This document shows, one piece after another, positions 17,832 to 28,590 of a DNA stretch of 64,000 nt. Source of the stretch: a virus; the IMG/VR virus record IMGVR_UViG_3300037882_002578, positions 1 through 64,000 of that record; one strand, 5' to 3'. The stretch's first letter is position 1. Each line of letters begins with the position of its first letter. Both the position numbers and the translations under genes were made by a program. The notes beneath the pieces were generated by a model. The model saw nothing but the letters and a program-made list of their open reading frames with translations, was not told the origin of the DNA and ran no database searches.

Positions 17832-18531
17832 AACCTAGATATTTAATTTCTGCCTCTTTTCTTACTTTAATTGCTTCTTCTAAATCTTCAAACATTCCTA
17901 ATTCATAAGAAACACCATTAACAGCTATTCTAGCTCTATACTTATTTAAATCTTTGTAAAATATAACACCCCTGTTTTTAACATTTCTTTTATTTAATCC
18001 TTGTGTATTTATATCAGCCCATCTACAATTATCAGGAGAATAATCACCATCTGAATCTTTTCTATCTAATGTAAACCCTTCAGGTCTTTCTCCCATATCT
18101 TCTACAAAATTAAAAAACCCATCAACACCTGACCATCTTTCACAAATCTTTATTCCTCTACCACCGTATCTTGGATAATCCTTATCATTTTCTTGTAAAC
18201 ATCTTTTACGAATTCCCATGTAAGTGTTATATAAAGGGTGCTCTGTTTGTCCCTCTCTTCGTTTTTGTACAATGTTTACGTCACCATTATCATTAAGTCT
18301 TCTGTAGTGTAATTCACAGAATCCTTTTTTATAAGGTTTAGGTCTTTCACAACCTTCAACAGAGCAACATAAAGGTTTTATTTTATCTTTATCTATAATA
18401 TCTCTATTTTCCTTAACAAATTTTTTATAATGTGTGCTACAAAACCCTCTTGGAAAATATCTAAATTTTTTAGAATTATGTAATTTACCTTTATTAATAC
18501 AACCTTCTACTTTACAACATTCATATTTCAT
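17815..18531 (-). CDS. HNH homing endonuclease with C-terminal AP2 domain
   Basis: CSVEGC...CELHY zinc motif, YGGRGIKICERW, TLDRKDSDGDYSPDNCRWA, YRARI...LGMF. Confidence 0.9.
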   Translation of the reverse strand: MKYECCKVEGCINKGKLHNSKKFRYFPRGFCSTHYKKFVKENRDIIDKDKIKPLCCSVEGCERPKPYKKGFCELHYRRLNDNGDVNIVQKRREGQTEHPLYNTYMGIRKRCLQENDKDYPRYGGRGIKICERWSGVDGFFNFVEDMGERPEGFTLDRKDSDGDYSPDNCRWADINTQGLNKRNVKNRGVIFYKDLNKYRARIAVNGVSYELGMFEDLEEAIKVRKEAEIKYLGFEIQV

Positions 18532-18555
18532 TTCGACTAATTTCTTATCATTCTA

Positions 18556-18587
18556 CAAATATAAGATTAATATTTGAATTATGCAAA
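18556..18587 (-). promoter_or_regulatory. sigmaA-type promoter
   Basis: TTTG-N20-TATATTTG on minus strand, upstream of the HNH-ninG-recA operon. Confidence 0.8.
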
Positions 18588-18600
18588 TAATTTTTTGTTT

Positions 18601-18915
18601 TTATTCTTTTTTCGGCGAAAAAATTTCTCTAACAGCTTTACCTAATTCCATATCATTTGGTGTACGGAGAATTAATCTTTCTATACTTCTAATAATCCCT
18701 CCTTGAACATCTATAAGTAAGTTATCTATATTTTTATTTTGTGGCGGATTAATAAGAACTTTATTTTCATCGATTGTTTTATACTTTTCTATGTCAAAAC
18801 CTGTTTTTATAGATTCTTTATAACTGTCTACTAATTCCTGAGTTCTTGGAGAACACATCATATTATTCCCGTTACAACCTACATATCCACATCTAGTACA
18901 TTTCGCTGCTATCAT
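18601..18915 (-). CDS. hypothetical protein with N-terminal Cys motif
   Basis: CTRCG...C...C; PNDMELG. Confidence 0.65.
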   Translation of the reverse strand: MIAAKCTRCGYVGCNGNNMMCSPRTQELVDSYKESIKTGFDIEKYKTIDENKVLINPPQNKNIDNLLIDVQGGIIRSIERLILRTPNDMELGKAVREIFSPKKE

Positions 18916-19070
18916 TTTGTAATATGTTTTTAATTTTTAAATAATTTTGCACAATCTTTGAAAACTCACAAATAGGTTGGTAATCTAATACATCAACTTC
19001 ATCTAATATTTTAAATGAACCAAATGTAGCCTTTACATTTTCTAATTCTATGTAATTGTACCATTTCATA

Positions 19071-19649
19071 CTAATAATGATTAAAAATATAAACTATACT
19101 ATCGTCATTTTCTTTTGATATACCCCAAGCAGGGAAGAATTGCTTTTCTAAGTCCTCATATTCAATAAGCAGTACTTTCCACCCTTCTGATTTACTTCCT
19201 TTTGGAAGAATCCCTTTTACAGAGTTCATACCACTAATGTCTATGCCTTCAAAATAAATATCTTCTATACGTTCTACTAATACTTTAGCATCTCTTGGTA
19301 TCTTAGGATTTTTATATACAAATTCAGCTAAATCTCCCATTGTTAACCCATTAAATTTTGCTCCTATTAACTCTTTTTTTGTGTAGGTATTCATTTGTGA
19401 ATTATATTTGTTTATTATCTCTTCTTGTTCTGGAATATCAAAGTCTATATGTTCTCCTTTTTCTATAATTATAACTTCTTCTTTCATTTCTTTTTCGGCA
19501 ATTTTATCTTTTAAATCTTTTTTAGCTTTTCTAAATTCTCCCCAATCATTATTAGACCTATCCCACATATTTTTTAAGTCACTAGGTATTTCATCTAATA
19601 GTCCGTTATTAAATTTACCTTTATTTCTATGTTTGTAAGTTTTACCCAT
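19071..19649 (-). CDS. hypothetical protein
   Basis: 192-aa ORF. Confidence 0.7.
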   Translation of the reverse strand: MGKTYKHRNKGKFNNGLLDEIPSDLKNMWDRSNNDWGEFRKAKKDLKDKIAEKEMKEEVIIIEKGEHIDFDIPEQEEIINKYNSQMNTYTKKELIGAKFNGLTMGDLAEFVYKNPKIPRDAKVLVERIEDIYFEGIDISGMNSVKGILPKGSKSEGWKVLLIEYEDLEKQFFPAWGISKENDDSIVYIFNHY

Positions 19650-21075
19650 TTCTAAATACCGCTTTTTCTTCTTCTAAAAATACTCCTAACTTTTTTTGTA
19701 TAGTCTGTTTTAATTTTCTACCTTTTTCTCCAAACCAATTAAAATCTTTTTGGTCTAAAAGCCATGTTAAATAGGATTTATTTTCTTTAAAAACTTCCGA
19801 TACTTTTTTACCATTATACTTTCCAAAGTAAAAAGAAGCTTCTTCTTCATTTGAAGCTAAATTTGTTTGTTCGTTCTTTAATTTATATAAAAGAGATTTT
19901 TTAGTTGGTCTGTTATTTGTATTTAAAGGATAGTTACTTAAAAGCATTTCTTCATTAAAAACTGCCCACCCCTTAGTTAAATCACTATTTTCTATACTTA
20001 AAGTTTCTATTTTTCCAAACCTTTTAAAATTACCACTTAAATCTATAACCATGCAGTCTTTTTTATTTGGATGTATTCTAACTCCACGTCCTAAGAATTG
20101 ATAGTAAAAAGTTAAAGAGTTTGTAGGTTTTGCCATTATAATAGCGTCTAATTCTGGGTGGTCAAAACCAACAGCTAAAATTCTACATTGAACTACAACT
20201 TTTAATTTTAAAGATTTGAAGTCTTGTATAATTCTATCTCTTACTTTTGCATCCATACCGCTAAAAACAGCTTCACAGTAATTTAACTTTGAAGATATCT
20301 CTTGAGCGTCTTCTATAAAAGGTACGGAAACTAATATTGATTTTCTACCTTTTAAAATTAAATCTTTTATTTCCTCTACAATTCTATTATTAATATCGTT
20401 AACCTCTTTAAATATTTGAATAGACTTATCTGTATATTCTGTTCCCGTAGAGTTTAAAGTTAGAGAGTTTTCGTCTACATCTTTTACTTCATATATTAAT
20501 TTTGACCAATATTTTTGTTCAACTACTTCAGATATTTGAACTACATCTTCTATAGATTTATAAATACATTTTCTATCTCTATTCATCATTTTTAGAGAAG
20601 TACCTTCCATATTTTGAGATAATCTAAAAGGAGTTGCAGTGACTCCTACTAACTTGTACTTTTTTAATTTTTTTATAAAGTTAGCTAATTGAGAACCTGT
20701 AGCACTTCCTTCCTGACACTCGTCATCAAGAATTATAACATCTTTATCCTTAAAGAAGTCTGTAAATCTTACTAAAGTACCTATAGTCGCAAAAGTTACT
20801 TTACCTACACCTACTTGTCCTATTGAAGCGGAACATATACTTGCTTCAAAACCATAAGAAGTATATTTTTCGTAATTTTGTTTTAATAGCTCTTTACTAT
20901 TTGTAACGTTAATAAAGTACTTTTCAGGATACTTAGAAGCTATGTTTGCTATTACAAGACTTTTTCCAAAAGAAGTAGGATATATAAATATCCCATTATT
21001 TTTTTTAGAATTAGTTATGAAACTATCTATTTTATCAACTGCTATTTTTTGTCTTTCTCTTAATATATATTGCAT
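19642..21075 (-). CDS. SF2 (DExD/H) helicase
   Basis: PTSFGKS, DDECQ, GVTATPFRL, GFDHPELD, QFLGRGVR; start at 21075 (MQYILRERQ) more likely than 21132. Confidence 0.92.
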   Translation of the reverse strand: MQYILRERQKIAVDKIDSFITNSKKNNGIFIYPTSFGKSLVIANIASKYPEKYFINVTNSKELLKQNYEKYTSYGFEASICSASIGQVGVGKVTFATIGTLVRFTDFFKDKDVIILDDECQEGSATGSQLANFIKKLKKYKLVGVTATPFRLSQNMEGTSLKMMNRDRKCIYKSIEDVVQISEVVEQKYWSKLIYEVKDVDENSLTLNSTGTEYTDKSIQIFKEVNDINNRIVEEIKDLILKGRKSILVSVPFIEDAQEISSKLNYCEAVFSGMDAKVRDRIIQDFKSLKLKVVVQCRILAVGFDHPELDAIIMAKPTNSLTFYYQFLGRGVRIHPNKKDCMVIDLSGNFKRFGKIETLSIENSDLTKGWAVFNEEMLLSNYPLNTNNRPTKKSLLYKLKNEQTNLASNEEEASFYFGKYNGKKVSEVFKENKSYLTWLLDQKDFNWFGEKGRKLKQTIQKKLGVFLEEEKAVFRNG

Positions 21076-21177
21076 ATAATAATTTTTTGTAAATATACAA
21101 CTAATTTTATTAATTAGCAACATATTTATCAAATTTTTTCTCAGTGGAATTTTTTAAGACCAACTTAAAGCAACATA

Positions 21178-22137
21178 CTATTTATTGCTAATCCAAGCTA
21201 CAAAATCAAAAGATAAATAACTTAATGGTTTAACAGTGTTTTTTACAGAAGATACTGTTTTTTCAACTTTAGGGATAGAATTATTAATTAAATCGACAGC
21301 AGAAAACCCAGAAACTAGTTCTTCAGCGAGCCTACCATTTGAATAAGTCATACCCTTATAAAAGAAAAGTTTTTTATACTCTAAATAAGCTCCGTAAGAC
21401 ATTTTCTTACCAAGTTCATATCTACGAGTAGATTTAATAATTCCGTTCTTTACAAGTCTTGATTTCCAGTAACTACCTTTTGATTTATTGTTTTCAGTGC
21501 CATCTTTTAAAAAAGCAAAACCTTGATTAGACATAACTACATTATCGATAATTTCAATTTTCTTTCCAAACTTTGCTTCTACTCTTTTTGCGGATTTCAA
21601 TCCTTTCAAAGAAGTTGGGTTAGATAGTTGCTTTAATAAGTCTCTTCGATGTGTTTTTTTACTAATCATAGTTAACTGCTGTCTTTGTTCAGAATGACAT
21701 TTAACAGATAAACAATTATATTGTGTTTTAATAATATTTTCTCCTATTTTAATAGGAATCATTTTGTAAGAATTGTAAAGCTCTTTCACTTTTTCTCCGC
21801 CTAACATTACAAAATCTCCATTACTATGAAACGAACAAAGTCCCATATCAATTAAGATAGGGACATATTTTTTTAAAGTAGGTAATGAAATATTTGTTTT
21901 ATTTCTTAGAAGACCATAACCACTTACAAACTTATTATTCTTAGAAGTGTAAGCGTAGTATTTAATATTTCCATTTTTAAATGCCTTTAAAGTAGCATAT
22001 ACAGAAATAAGCTTCACACCACCTTGTTCAGACAGTGAAAAATAAAGCATTGAAGGTATACGTACAGTTTCTAAAAACATATTAAAAATAAAAACCCTAA
22101 ATAAGAAATAAAACATCCAAGGTGGAAACCGATGCAT
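21178..22137 (-). CDS. putative replication initiator / HTH DNA-binding protein
   Basis: basic protein, ISLPTLKKYVPILIDMGL wHTH-like helix, next to helicase; start uncertain. Confidence 0.45.
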   Translation of the reverse strand: MHRFPPWMFYFLFRVFIFNMFLETVRIPSMLYFSLSEQGGVKLISVYATLKAFKNGNIKYYAYTSKNNKFVSGYGLLRNKTNISLPTLKKYVPILIDMGLCSFHSNGDFVMLGGEKVKELYNSYKMIPIKIGENIIKTQYNCLSVKCHSEQRQQLTMISKKTHRRDLLKQLSNPTSLKGLKSAKRVEAKFGKKIEIIDNVVMSNQGFAFLKDGTENNKSKGSYWKSRLVKNGIIKSTRRYELGKKMSYGAYLEYKKLFFYKGMTYSNGRLAEELVSGFSAVDLINNSIPKVEKTVSSVKNTVKPLSYLSFDFVAWISNK

Positions 22138-22503
22138 TAAATCCTATAAAGGGCTATATATTTAATATTATTTTAATTTATTGTAGGGTTTCCACATCTA
22201 CTTTAAACTTTTAATCTCAATAAAAATCTAACTCCTTAAGTTAGATGCGTATCTTTAGGTAATACGTTTGCAAGAATAAATCTCTGACCAAGTTCATTAC
22301 AATTTTTGTATGAACAAAAAAATAAAAAGCTGTGTAAAAGTTCTCGGCTCAACTAACAGCTTTCGGCTCAAGAATACTATTCAAGAGGGGGATACGCCGA
22401 ATTATGATGCAAATATAAGAATAAGTTTTGGAATAAAAAAATAAATTAAACATTATTTTTAAAAAAAGCCCCGAATTAACGAGGCTTAATAATCTTCAAC
22501 AAT

Positions 22504-22758
22504 TCAACAACGATTAAAATCTCTAATTTCTCCATTATCAAACGTTTTTGGCGAGTGCAGAAACATATTAGAGAAAATTATTTTTAAAGCTTTTCCATAA
22601 ACAGAAACGTTTACATTATTTCTTTCATATTCCTTGAAAAAAGAAAAAGTAACTGCTCTTATAAAATCTATATTTTCTTCTCTATAATCAAATGAAACAT
22701 CACTCTCACTTATAAAATAGTTCCAAATTTGGAAATAGAAGTCTTCATAATCTAACAT
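22504..22758 (-). CDS. hypothetical protein
   Basis: 84-aa ORF at the strand switch. Confidence 0.6.
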   Translation of the reverse strand: MLDYEDFYFQIWNYFISESDVSFDYREENIDFIRAVTFSFFKEYERNNVNVSVYGKALKIIFSNMFLHSPKTFDNGEIRDFNRC

Positions 22759-22868
22759 TAGTTTTGGTTTTTATTTGAGTTACAAAAATAATAAATACTC
22801 TTTTAAAAATAAAATTGATTAAATTACAGTATTAAAATGTTAAAGTTTTGTTATATTTTATAAAGTTA

Positions 22869-22900
22869 TTTGGAATTTATAAATAAATTGTTTATATTTG
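22869..22900 (+). promoter_or_regulatory. sigmaA-type promoter starting the plus-strand arm
   Basis: TTTG-N20-TATATTTG. Confidence 0.8.
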
Positions 22901-22922
22901 CATATAAAAAATTTTTAAGACT

Positions 22923-23294
22923 TTGGCTTTACCAGAAACTCACATAAATAAATGTAAATATAAAAATGAAATCGATATGGTTGACACTATATTGACAGTT
23001 TATAGTACAATAAAGTTTAAAGGAAAAGATAGGCTTAGAGATTTTGAAAAAAATATTTTAACCTATTACATCAGAAAAGGTTTAAATGATGAAACTTTAG
23101 AAATGATTTCTGAAGACTTGGATAAAAAGAAAAATTATTTACACGGAATAAACAAACATTTAAGGGATAAAGGGTATCTAATTTCTTCAAAAACAAATTT
23201 AAGAAAGTTTGACTTAAATGAAGACTTGAAAAAACTTAGAGACTCTTTTATAACTAAAAAGATAAAATTGTACACTTTAGTATTTCACAATTAA
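22923..23294 (+). CDS. wHTH-like DNA-binding protein
   Basis: TTG start; ISEDL...YLHGINKHLRDKGYL helix-turn-helix-like segment. Confidence 0.55.
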   Translation: MALPETHINKCKYKNEIDMVDTILTVYSTIKFKGKDRLRDFEKNILTYYIRKGLNDETLEMISEDLDKKKNYLHGINKHLRDKGYLISSKTNLRKFDLNEDLKKLRDSFITKKIKLYTLVFHN

Positions 23295-23296
23295 TA

Positions 23297-23782
23297 ATGA
23301 AAGATAAAAATGAAACTTCATACTCAGAAGATATAGCTTTAGAAGTTAGTAAAGCTTTAGGATATGATTATGAAACTTGTTTAAATATTCAAAAAGAAGT
23401 TTTTAATTTCGCCGTAGAACAAACTAAAGAGAGAGATATTTATTCAATAAACTTTCCATATTTAGGAGTATTATACATAAATAAGATACTAGCTAACGGC
23501 AAAAGAAAAAAACTACATTACAAATGTAAAGGTAAAGACTTACCAACAGTAGAAAAAGAGTTAGAATTATGGAAACACAGAATAGGGATGATGGACTACT
23601 ACAGAGATGAGAATAAGTTGTATATAAGAGCTTGTAAGCATTTTACTTTACCATTTCAAAGTAAGTTCGCAAGTATGCTACCAAAAGACTACCTAGCCAG
23701 TTCATACTCAAGACAGATAATAAAAACAGCAGATATATATGCTGCAGTCGAAGCTTTACAAAACGAAGCATATTATAAATAA
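23297..23782 (+). CDS. hypothetical protein with HU/IHF-like N-terminus
   Basis: IALEVSKALG...INFPYLGVL resembles the HU fold. Confidence 0.5.
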   Translation: MKDKNETSYSEDIALEVSKALGYDYETCLNIQKEVFNFAVEQTKERDIYSINFPYLGVLYINKILANGKRKKLHYKCKGKDLPTVEKELELWKHRIGMMDYYRDENKLYIRACKHFTLPFQSKFASMLPKDYLASSYSRQIIKTADIYAAVEALQNEAYYK

Positions 23783-24028
23783 ATGAAAATAAATATACTA
23801 AACAGATTCTTAGAAAGAGCTGAAAGTTTTCCATAAAGTAAAACTACTTACTTAAATGTACATAGTTACTTTGTAGAAAAGTTTTTTGGAAAAAAGCCTT
23901 TAATTAAAGATTTACAAGATATTTTAAGAACTCTTAATTATTCAGTAGAAGATAATTTAGAAGCTCATTTAAAAACACAGACTTTTTTTGAACTTATAAA
24001 TAATAGCGAATTAGAATTAAAATGGTAG
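23783..24028 (+). pseudogene. 81-codon ORF interrupted by one in-frame TAA (23834-23836)
   Basis: frame stays open for about 63 codons after the TAA; abuts both neighbours. Confidence 0.55.
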
Positions 24029-24162
24029 TTACATATTCACAAAAAGAAGTTGAAAAACTACTAGAAACTCAAAGAGAAAATTGTTACGTAGCAGTATACT
24101 CTTACACAAAAAACAAAGAGATTTTAGATAGTTGTATTTCAGCACCAGAACCAGGTAATTGA
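24022..24162 (+). CDS. 46-aa hypothetical protein
   Basis: MVVTYSQKEVEKLLETQRENCYVAV...APEPGN, translated by hand. Confidence 0.5.
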   Translation: MVVTYSQKEVEKLLETQRENCYVAVYSYTKNKEILDSCISAPEPGN

Positions 24163-24190
24163 AAAAAAGAACAAACAAATATTAAATTAA

Positions 24191-25770
<1,580 letters not shown>

Positions 25771-25771
<1 letters not shown>

Positions 25772-26121
25772 TGAAAAATATATTTAGAAAAATAAGTAGA
25801 GCAATATTATCAAGAATGTTTCCTCAAAAAGAAACTCCTCAATATGCTTTAGACAGACTAAAAATTTGTAAATATTGTTTTTACAACTCTTTAAATTTTA
25901 ATGAGTACACAAAAATTCAAAAGTTAAAATTATATTTAAATAGGGTTTTAGACTATATTTTTAGAGTAGAACAATTTAAAGGAGTATGCTTAGAAGAATC
26001 GTGTGGATGTTCCATAGCAAAAAAAGTCAACTATATAGACGAAAAATGTGGTTATGGTAAATGGGAGGAGCAAAAAACAGAAGAAGGTTATGAATCAATT
26101 TATATACCAAATAAAAAATAA
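25771..26121 (+). CDS. Cys-rich putative zinc-binding protein
   Basis: RLKICKYC...C...CGC...K...CGYGKW. Confidence 0.65.
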
Positions 26122-26123
26122 AA

Positions 26124-26456
26124 ATGGAAGTAGTAAAAATAGTAAGTAAAGATAAAGCTAGAGTAGAAAAAATAGATACACTATATTGGATTTATTTTAA
26201 CGAATTAAAGTATAAACAAGATTCAACAATTGAAGTTGAGATTGAGGTAGATATTGATTCTGCTAGAGTAAAACCAGGATGTCTTTCATGCACAAAAGCT
26301 AGAATACTTGGTTCTGTAGGGAATAAACACCTCTTAGAAATCAATTATGACACAACAAATATAGGAGATTTTACAAAAACAGTAACTTTCTTCTATACTA
26401 AAAACGAAGTTGAAAATAGTATAGTTATGAAAATAACAGGCACAGTAAAAAGATAA
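26124..26456 (+). CDS. DUF1573-like Ig-fold protein
   Basis: KPGCLSCT...INYDT..GDFTKTVT. Confidence 0.6.
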   Translation: MEVVKIVSKDKARVEKIDTLYWIYFNELKYKQDSTIEVEIEVDIDSARVKPGCLSCTKARILGSVGNKHLLEINYDTTNIGDFTKTVTFFYTKNEVENSIVMKITGTVKR

Positions 26457-26473
26457 ACTAAAAAATAAAGAAA

Positions 26474-26683
26474 TTGAATTATAAAGCAAATTGCCTAGAA
26501 GAATTAAAACAGTTTTCAAAAGAAAATGATACTTATTCATTTGGAGACGTGCTATTCTCTTTAATACAAAAATTAGCCGTAGAAAACAATACAAGCGTTA
26601 GTTTTTTAAGAGAAGTTACAGATGAAGATTATTTTACTCTAATTGAAAAGATTAGAATTAAAAAAACACAGAACGATGACTAA
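26474..26683 (+). CDS. hypothetical protein
   Basis: 69-aa ORF, TTG start. Confidence 0.6.
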   Translation: MNYKANCLEELKQFSKENDTYSFGDVLFSLIQKLAVENNTSVSFLREVTDEDYFTLIEKIRIKKTQNDD

Positions 26684-27140
26684 TCCATTATATGATAAAA
26701 TTGTAAATACTTATCAACAGTACTTACAGTATCAAGAGTTAATTTTGGCGAAAGAAAAAGATTTAGAAGCAAGAAAGAATGACATAGTAAAAATTCTAAT
26801 TGAATCTGAATTTGAAGAAGATGTAGAAAGTATTGCATTTGAAGTATTCACAGAAATATCTCTCTATAAAAACGATTTAAGAATACTAGGACATAAACTT
26901 TATATTTTAGTTGATGGATACGTAGAAGTAAAAGAACTAGAGCCTAAATTAGACGAGAGTATTATTAACTTGTGTAAAAATTTAGAACAAGGGGTACCAA
27001 AAAGAAACTTTTTCATAAACAACTCATCCGAAATTCAAGAAAAAGAAAAAGGATTTATTAAAAAAGTCAAAGAAGCTCAAGTAAAATCTGGAGCTATGAA
27101 AAACTTAGTAAATGAATTAAAAAGTTTATTAAACGTTTAA
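26643..27140 (+). CDS. hypothetical helical protein
   Basis: ORF followed by terminator; true start probably MTNPL. Confidence 0.7.
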   Translation: MKRLELKKHRTMTNPLYDKIVNTYQQYLQYQELILAKEKDLEARKNDIVKILIESEFEEDVESIAFEVFTEISLYKNDLRILGHKLYILVDGYVEVKELEPKLDESIINLCKNLEQGVPKRNFFINNSSEIQEKEKGFIKKVKEAQVKSGAMKNLVNELKSLLNV

Positions 27141-27150
27141 AAACCAATTT

Positions 27151-27181
27151 AAAACCTCTTAGTTTAATTACTGAGAGGTTA
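27151..27181 (+). terminator. intrinsic terminator
   Basis: AAACCTCT...AGAGGTTT hairpin with AT tail. Confidence 0.6.
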
Positions 27182-27277
27182 TTTTCATTTATAATTCCTC
27201 AATCAAGAACACCCTCCCAAGCTTTGCTGGCTTTAGCTAAGGTATGAGTTGATTTTAATTACAAATAGTTTAATTAG

Positions 27278-27309
27278 TTTGGTGTATAAGAATAAAGGTA
27301 GTATATTTG
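27278..27309 (+). promoter_or_regulatory. sigmaA-type promoter inside the IS
   Basis: TTTG-N20-TATATTTG. Confidence 0.8.
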
Positions 27310-27328
27310 CAATATAAAAATAAATACA

Positions 27329-27463
27329 ATGATAAAATCAAAAGATATTCTAATTAGAATAGATGAGGAGTTAAAAAATAAAGCTAAGGAAAAAGCAATA
27401 GATTTAGGATTGTCTTTATCTTCTTGGATTAGAACTTTAATAATTAAAGATTTAAAGAACTAA
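27329..27463 (+). CDS. 44-aa ribbon-helix-helix (CopG/Arc-like) regulator
   Basis: ILIRIDEELKNKAKEKAIDLGLSLSSWIR; TAATG overlap with tnpB; translated by hand. Confidence 0.8.
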   Translation: MIKSKDILIRIDEELKNKAKEKAIDLGLSLSSWIRTLIIKDLKN

Positions 27464-28542
27464 TGTTAACTTATACCTTTAAAATAAAAACAAGTCCTGA
27501 ATTAATTCAAAAAATTGAAAATAATTTTTCGGTGACTCGTTGTGTTTACAATCTAGCAAAAGAAACTAGAGAATATGCTTATTCTAAAGGTGTGAAAATA
27601 AGTAAGTTTGACTTAATTAAACAATTACCTGAACTTAAAAATGAGTTTACTTGGATTAAAGAAGTTCATTCTCAAACACTGCAAGGAGTAATTGAAAGAC
27701 TAGATAAAGGATATGATAAATTCTTTGCAGACTTAAAGAAAGGAATTAAAACAAATAAGCCAAAATGGGCTAAGAAGAAAGATTGGAAATCGGTTGAGTT
27801 TAAAAGTTCAGCTTTAAAAGTAAATAAAGATATTTTTGAAATATCTAAAATAGGAAAAATAAAAATATTTAAAAGTAGAGAAATAAATGGAAACATAAAA
27901 TTAGCAAGACTAGTAAAACAAGTAGATGGATATTACTTACAAGTTATAACAGATTGCGATATTCCGAAGTGCGAGAACCAAGCACAACTAGCGATAGATT
28001 TAGGAATTTCTCAATTTGTCGTAACAAGTGATGGAGAATATTTTGAAAACATTAGAACAACTAAAAAATACGCAGATAAATTAGCAGAAGCACAAAGAAA
28101 GTTATCTTTAAAAAAGAAATTTTCTAACAATTTTTATAAAGAAGTAGAAAAAGTAAAGAGAGTCCATTTAAAAATTAGAAGAGTTAGAGAAGATTATCTT
28201 CATAAAGTTTCAAGGCAATTAGCTAATAATTATCAATACATTATCGTAGAAGATTTAAATGTTCAAAAGATGATTAAAAACAAAGATTATTCAAAATCTA
28301 TTTCAGATGTAAGTTGGGGTAAATTTATAAATTATTTAGAATACAAAACTACTGTAATTAAAGTAAACCCTGCCTACACCTCTCAAGAGTGTTCAAATTG
28401 TGGACATACCTCAAAAGAAAACAGAAAAACACAAGAGAGCTTTAAGTGTGTAAAATGTAATTTTGCAACAAATGCAGATTTTAACGGCTCATTAACAATT
28501 AAAAAGCGAGGACAATCGCTACTAGAAAATTATGAAAAATAG
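27463..28542 (+). CDS. tnpB: TnpB RNA-guided endonuclease
   Basis: RCVYN, SQTLQ, IDLG (RuvC-I), VEDL (RuvC-II), CSNC/CVKC zinc finger, NADFN (RuvC-III). Confidence 0.95.
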   Translation: MLTYTFKIKTSPELIQKIENNFSVTRCVYNLAKETREYAYSKGVKISKFDLIKQLPELKNEFTWIKEVHSQTLQGVIERLDKGYDKFFADLKKGIKTNKPKWAKKKDWKSVEFKSSALKVNKDIFEISKIGKIKIFKSREINGNIKLARLVKQVDGYYLQVITDCDIPKCENQAQLAIDLGISQFVVTSDGEYFENIRTTKKYADKLAEAQRKLSLKKKFSNNFYKEVEKVKRVHLKIRRVREDYLHKVSRQLANNYQYIIVEDLNVQKMIKNKDYSKSISDVSWGKFINYLEYKTTVIKVNPAYTSQECSNCGHTSKENRKTQESFKCVKCNFATNADFNGSLTIKKRGQSLLENYEK

Positions 28543-28590
28543 TTTAAAAAGAATCCCATCTCCTTTAGGTATGGGAGTTGTCAAATAAAT

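Larger units (their letters stand above)
27193..28584 (+). mobile_element. IS200/IS605-family (IS1341-like, tnpA-less) element
   Basis: related left/right end hairpins (CTTTAG..GGTATG..GAGTTG); right end GAATCCCATCTCCTTTAGGTATGGGAGTTGTCAA; left boundary approximate. Confidence 0.8.
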
